A stretch of DNA of 64,000 nucleotides from Minutocellus sp. GHC0000111 (taxonomy: Eukaryota), in NCBI GenBank assembly GCA_977018835.1, contig OZ361261.1, positions 1,426,001 to 1,490,000 of the forward strand, in the 5' to 3' direction. The notes under the pieces were generated by a model, which saw only the letters and a program-made list of their open reading frames with translations, ran no database searches and was not told where the DNA came from. Shown here one piece after another: positions 58,723 to 64,000 of the stretch (the stretch's first letter is position 1; every line of letters starts with the position of its first letter). The position numbers were made by a program, and so were the translations under genes.

Positions 58723-61314
58723 TCACTTCTCCGCATGGCAAATCAGAGCAATTCTCTCTAAGTTCTTGTCAGGGCAGCGATTGGACCAAATGCTCCAAGC
58801 TCCCTCGCTAGTTGCAGTAACTCTTCTCCCAAATTTTTGAATGCACAGGGTAGCTAGCTCGCTGATTCTAGCATCGCAATCTAGGCGGATCAAAGCAATC
58901 TCTCGATCGGTCAATGCATTAGAATGACGATCGATGAAGCCATGCTCAAGCTTTACCAACAATTTGGCGGCACTGTCTAGATGAGCTGGAGACGATACGA
59001 AATCTGGTTTCTTCAATGCGGTCACAGTGTCGATGTCGAGCAATCCGCACTCCTTATCATTGATTAATGCACTCATCGCTCGAAGCGATATTTTGCTGGC
59101 TTCAACATCCTGGGTAGCTGAGTTTGATCCACTTGTAGAGCTGTTACTATGCTTTCTGTGACAAAGGCCAATGATTGGAAGAGAAGAAATGGATTGAGAA
59201 TTTTCTAGAAGTAGGCGATGCCACATGTCATAGTCCTCGGCTCGTGAGACGCTTTCGTCGTAGCCCCGAACACCGTCAATCGCTGATTTGCGAAACATTA
59301 CAGTTGGGTGCGAAAGGCAGCATGTGAAGAGAATCGCCCAAGCCACAAATCCAGGGTCACTTGGGGGTAGCGACGATCGAATGAGCTCCACAGTGGTGCC
59401 CATTTCGGATGTAGAATGAGGAAGCTTTAGCAGACCTTTTCCTCTTCTTCCGCGTCTTGCCGTAAATTCCTGAAAAAGAACACTCGAAGTACCAATCACA
59501 TTCAATTTCGGACGTTGGTGTAGAGCTTGAATTTGTGAGAGTAATCTGCCAGGGCAGGATACATCGTCGGCGTCCATTCGAGCAATAATTTCATGAGAGC
59601 ACATTTTCAGACCAGTATTCAGAGCCGAGGCAACGCCGCTCTTCTCTGATGCCACAATGTCAATGGTCACTTCTACCGCGTTTTCTGTGTGTGATGATAC
59701 ATGCATGGTAGCAACGGACTCTGCTGTTCCCGAACGCACATCTCGAACAGTGAGGCTAACTCCAATAGAAGATTCAACGATAGAAGTAGCAACATCAACC
59801 ATTGCCTTGATGCTGCCATCGGTGCACCTGTCGTCGACAATAATGAGCTGCATCGGCGAAAGGAGCAATTTGCCACAGTCGAGGCTATGTCCATTGCCGT
59901 TGAATTCATCTATTGGCTGCATCACTATCGACCTCATCGAGTGAGCAGCATACTCCTTAGGGCCCTTGTACACAGGAATCAAAACGCTAACTCCTCCTGA
60001 TTGTGTGCAGGGGGGACCCTTGCCTTCTGATAAGAGCACATCTCCAACATGAGACGAATTGAAGTGCATTGCTCGGTAGGCACAAATATCCAGCTTTTTA
60101 CCTTCGTGTAGATATTTGAGAAGGGCTGCTGGCTCGACTTCTCCCACATCGTTGTCATTGGAATAGAAAGGGCCCTCATTCCCCGAAACGGCCTTGGCAA
60201 TCGGCGCAGTGCATACATTCTGCACTCGATTTATTGCCAATATAAGGAGAAATGGGTGACTTGGGACAGCACTCAGCTTGTATTTCTTCGCAATAGATGC
60301 AAGCTTGCTGTTTGGCGCGTCGGCCGCCTCCACTTCGACCAAAGCCACATCGCCACCAATCTCAAGACGATTTGGATGAGAATAATCCAATGAACGTTGT
60401 TGTCAATTTCCTTCCTTCTGTATCCAATCCAAGATTGCAAGGACATCTCCAAGGCGGTATATACCGCCACTCAGATCGAATGGATAGGACCAATCAAAAG
60501 CGCCAATCTTGCGATCAAAGACAAAGGCCCCTAATCCAAAATCAGATGTCTCTGCTTCACAAGAATTTACCACAAACTCCATCTCTTCTCGCGGCGGTGG
60601 ACATGGCATGTTCCTGGTCTGACAGAACGATATGCCCGGGTGGAGACGAGATAGAAATCCCAATACCGGTCGATTTGACGACATTAGTACCGACGAAGCG
60701 CACGACAGTACTCTTTCGATCGGCTCGAGGAGGAGGCAATCGTCGGTTAGAAACATGACGAGATTATTATCCTTAACATCCTCTATCGATTTCTCCCCAT
60801 CGATGATGATGCTTTCCAAAAGACGCTCAAAAGTACAAGCCCCGTCATCCTCCCTGTGAAAAGACAGTGAGATCTTGCCATCAATGCTGTCATTTTTACA
60901 TTTTAGTAATCGTTCGAATTCATCTTGAACCATGTGATATCCATCGTCAAACGGCTCGTCAATTCGGGCAATGATATTGATATCGATCGAAGTGATCGGG
61001 GCGGTGGAGGCTAGATTTGCTGCACTCGAAGACGATGGTACCTGCGACAGCTTAATCGAACTGAGGAGCTGCTGGAGCTGCCACGGTCGATCCTTGCTGA
61101 AGACAATGACTGTGGCATGAGAGGGCTGATGGCCTCGTGCTTTCGGTGGGGTAGCGGGGGCGATGCTACTGCGGCTTGATGATGCGCAGTCGTTGTGGTT
61201 GCTTCCACCATTATTGCCAGCTGCCTCTGTATTCCCCTGCGTAGACGAACTAGTAGACGTTGGTGGGGGTCCGAGGAAGGAGGACACAAGGTCCAAGAGC
61301 GGAGGGTCGGGCAT
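58723..61314 (-). CDS. Glycosyltransferase family 2 protein with an additional N-terminal GT-A-like domain; frameshift ~60400
   Basis: C-terminal GT2: VSVLIPVY, IIVDDRCTDGS, ALNTGL, IARMDADDVS, HPTVMFR and AEDYDMW. N-terminal: VIVFSKDRPWQL, VMFLTDDC, YPFDLSGGIYR, HPNRLE and INRVQ. Confidence 0.8.
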
Positions 61315-61583
61315 GGTGAAGTGAATTGCAATAATGATCCAGCCAGGCAGGCGAGGTACACCAAGGGTAGGCCCGGGCGGTTGACGGGCAGACGAATTTT
61401 TGCAACGCAACGCGCAAACAACTCAGTGATGAATCGAATCGAATCAGCCGAATAGTAATAATAGCTGTGGAGATCGCATACAAACACAAGGAGGGAGGTA
61501 GTTAGCTACCGTCCAGAGCACACTTCACATTCCAGAATTGAATTGCACTATTTTTAGTAGTACGTGAGGCAAGCAAGCGAAAA

Positions 61584-62030
61584 ATGAGCTTGCAAGACCT
61601 TCTTCGCGACTTCCACCAGAAACATGAACGATTGAAGCACACCGTGCACACGGCGTGGCGGTATCCCTTACCGCCCTGGGGAAGATTTGTTATGGGATGT
61701 TTCTATTTTAGCGTTCCAGTTGTCGGAGGATACGCGGTGATGCAATGGGCGATCGGAAAGTCGTGGGAATCGATCGGAGAACGAGGTGAGCTGCTTCGGC
61801 AGAAGGCGGTGGAGGGACGGGGCGACGTCGCTAGATTACCAGATGGTACCGAAAGGAAGATTGGTGCTGGTGGGCTCGGTATGGGCGTGCATTTGGCGCA
61901 ATCGAACTCCTCAGATCAAGAACGAAATAGAAAGATGCTCGAACGTTTTTTTAAGAAGGAGAGACGACGGAGGAAGAAGCAAATGGAAGAGGAGGAAGCA
62001 AGGAACCGTGACGATGGTGGTGAAAATTAG
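61584..62030 (+). CDS. Small hypothetical single-TM protein
   Basis: 148-aa ORF with a hydrophobic segment (FVMGCFYFSVPVVGGYAVMQW) and a charged C-terminus. Start context aaaaATG. Confidence 0.65.
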   Translation: MSLQDLLRDFHQKHERLKHTVHTAWRYPLPPWGRFVMGCFYFSVPVVGGYAVMQWAIGKSWESIGERGELLRQKAVEGRGDVARLPDGTERKIGAGGLGMGVHLAQSNSSDQERNRKMLERFFKKERRRRKKQMEEEEARNRDDGGEN

Positions 62031-62326
62031 TGAAAGAGAGTTACGCAATGTAGAGAAAGTAGAATATTCATTATAACAGGTATTATTCAAATAATAGTTA
62101 TTGAGCCTAATAATACTACGTAGCTAGCTAGTATAACGTCAAGTCTTCGCGATGCTGCAAAAAGGGACGAATAAAATTGTGGCATTGTGACTGTGTAGCT
62201 TGGTATACCACGTTGTATACTAGCTAGGTAGGCACTCGTAGCAATAGCGGTGCTGTGCGATGATACAATGAGTTGAGTGACATGGTTTGCGTGCATTGTT
62301 CCCTGATGCCCTTGAGCTGGCTTTCA

Positions 62327-63427
62327 TTATTTGGGATCTTGCAAGTAAACAGTAAATTCCAATCCATCCTTAAGATTCGCGGTGTATTCCAGGTTGCCGA
62401 AAACGATCCCCGTTTTCACGATTAATTGATCTGCCAGGCCCTCCACGTACTCTCTGTATGTTGAGAGAGTTTCGGATATGATCACGTTATCAGCACAAAC
62501 GTAACTCCCAGTCTTGATCCTACATTTCTCCAGCGTTTGCAAATCGCGAAGGTATGAGTCCTTCGCGTGGTCGAAGAAAACAAAGTCGACAACACTGCAT
62601 GGCCCAGCATGTTCCGACAGGGCAGTCTCCACTGATCCTGTCTGTACGATAGTAATATGTTCCTCCATCTTGCCAAGTCGAATCATTCTTTTGGCAACGC
62701 CAATGTGCTTGGGGTTGATTTCGGTCGAAATAACTTGGAAATCGAGATTTGGAGCAAATTCTTTGATGGTCGACGCTAAGAGCAGGGCGCTATATCCGCA
62801 GTACGTCCCGACGTCGAGGACAGTGAAGCGTCCTCCCTTGCGATCGGCGTCAGAGCTGAATGTTCCGACGCATTCCCTCAGGAATGTTCCAATTTCTTTT
62901 CCTTTTTCGCACCCCTTTCCCCAATTCCCCAAAGGAAAGAATGAAATATTGCTTAGTAAGATGGAAGCGCACAACAAAAAGATTCCAGCCATGAAGAAAA
63001 CTATTCGACATAACAACACAATGGTATAACACAGACTTACTACGTGGAACATCCATTGCTTGCCCGTGCAGTAGGCGTCAATAGCACCTAGGACCGTCTT
63101 GGCCGCCGATGTATCAGTCGATGAGTCTGACGCAAGAGCGGCATTGTTGGCATCGCTCATCGCCACAACATGCTCCACGTGCTGAAGCAAATCGAGTTCG
63201 GAATTCGTCTTGAAGGTCCAGGCCCCGTTGGCGGGATCTCGCTTCAAGAGGCTGGCATCGTTCGTCGAGTGGAGAGCCTGCGTTAGGTCGTCCGTCCACA
63301 AGCCAACCTCGGTGTCCTTGTAAAACAAATTCGCAAAGCCGATTCCATCTTTCTGCGCTTTCATCGGAATGATGGTTGGGCCTGGGCCCACATCCTTGGC
63401 GAGGAGGATGTCTCCAAACGTTATCAT
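62327..63427 (-). CDS. Catechol O-methyltransferase family protein (2 exons)
   Basis: In-frame intron 62915-63040 restores WMFHVGCEKG. Motifs VLDVGTYCGYSA, DFVFFDHAKDSY, ADNV and LEY..DGLE. Confidence 0.88.
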   Translation of the reverse strand: MITFGDILLAKDVGPGPTIIPMKAQKDGIGFANLFYKDTEVGLWTDDLTQALHSTNDASLLKRDPANGAWTFKTNSELDLLQHVEHVVAMSDANNAALASDSSTDTSAAKTVLGAIDAYCTGKQWMFHVVSLCYTIVLLCRIVFFMAGIFLLCASILLSNISFFPLGNWGKGCEKGKEIGTFLRECVGTFSSDADRKGGRFTVLDVGTYCGYSALLLASTIKEFAPNLDFQVISTEINPKHIGVAKRMIRLGKMEEHITIVQTGSVETALSEHAGPCSVVDFVFFDHAKDSYLRDLQTLEKCRIKTGSYVCADNVIISETLSTYREYVEGLADQLIVKTGIVFGNLEYTANLKDGLEFTVYLQDPK

Positions 63428-64000
63428 GGTATGTATTGTTGCTGTGTGCGTGGCCTCTGTGGTATAGTCTTTACTTTTTGGATGACTACTTTGGATGACT
63501 ACTTTGGATGACTACTCGCGTATTTTGCAATTTCGAAATGCCGTTGGTCTCAGATCGGCAGGTAGGAGTGGCAACTGGCAGCGAACGGAACAGTTGTGTC
63601 GCTGTTATTTGAATTTAGCTGCAAGTTGTTGTGGTGATCAAAGAATACCAAAGTATTGCTGCGCAGGGTGCTGGAACTGCGTCGTGGTCTTTTGGCCGGT
63701 CTGAAGTGGTGGCGGCGAATGAATGAGCGAGCTTGGCTTGATGCCAAAATCTCAAAAGTGCTGGAACTTAACCCGGGAATTTCAACGGAGGAGCTTTTCG
63801 CCTCTAAATTCGTGCGTCACGGACGGACAGACGCCGACAGAACCCGGAACAAATGAACTCCTCCAGCTAAACTTTTGGATGTCATTGGCCTAAACTCTTG
63901 ATAGAGGAGTACCAAGCGATTCGACGATGCGATGGCGCCGGGCGCCGGGTGGGCGCGCACAAAATTCAAATCCATCAACATGGAGCCCAGTGATGACGAT

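Noticed and set aside
63980..64000. Possible gene start (caacaATGGAGCCC) at the window end
   Set aside because: Only 7 codons are visible, too few to support a call.

Overview
This is gene-dense eukaryotic nuclear DNA with short GT-AG introns. It is probably from a diatom or other stramenopile (inferred from bipartite plastid-type leaders, an HSF-family factor, a mitochondrial-type PGAM and mannitol 2-dehydrogenase). About 25 protein genes can be modelled, and I found no rRNA, tRNA, CRISPR array or intact transposase. Many conserved genes carry single frameshifts or in-frame stops, which most likely reflect an imperfectly polished assembly. Main findings: (1) an AT-rich, repeat-laden island (~43.8-47.5 kb) encodes two histone H3 N-tail mimic proteins with no histone fold, one with four H3-like motifs and one with ARTKQTARK fused to a MATH-like domain; (2) a spliced in-frame fusion of NAD(P)HX epimerase to D-3-phosphoglycerate dehydrogenase with a plastid-type leader; (3) a giant Cys-rich repeat surface protein with an embedded M28 peptidase-like domain; (4) a split atypical kinase; (5) a bacterial-type PQQ sugar dehydrogenase with an intron; (6) an SGNH / acyltransferase-3 / pectin acetylesterase trio; (7) a cyclophilin-SYF2 fusion. 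All family calls come from reading motifs by eye; no database searches were run.
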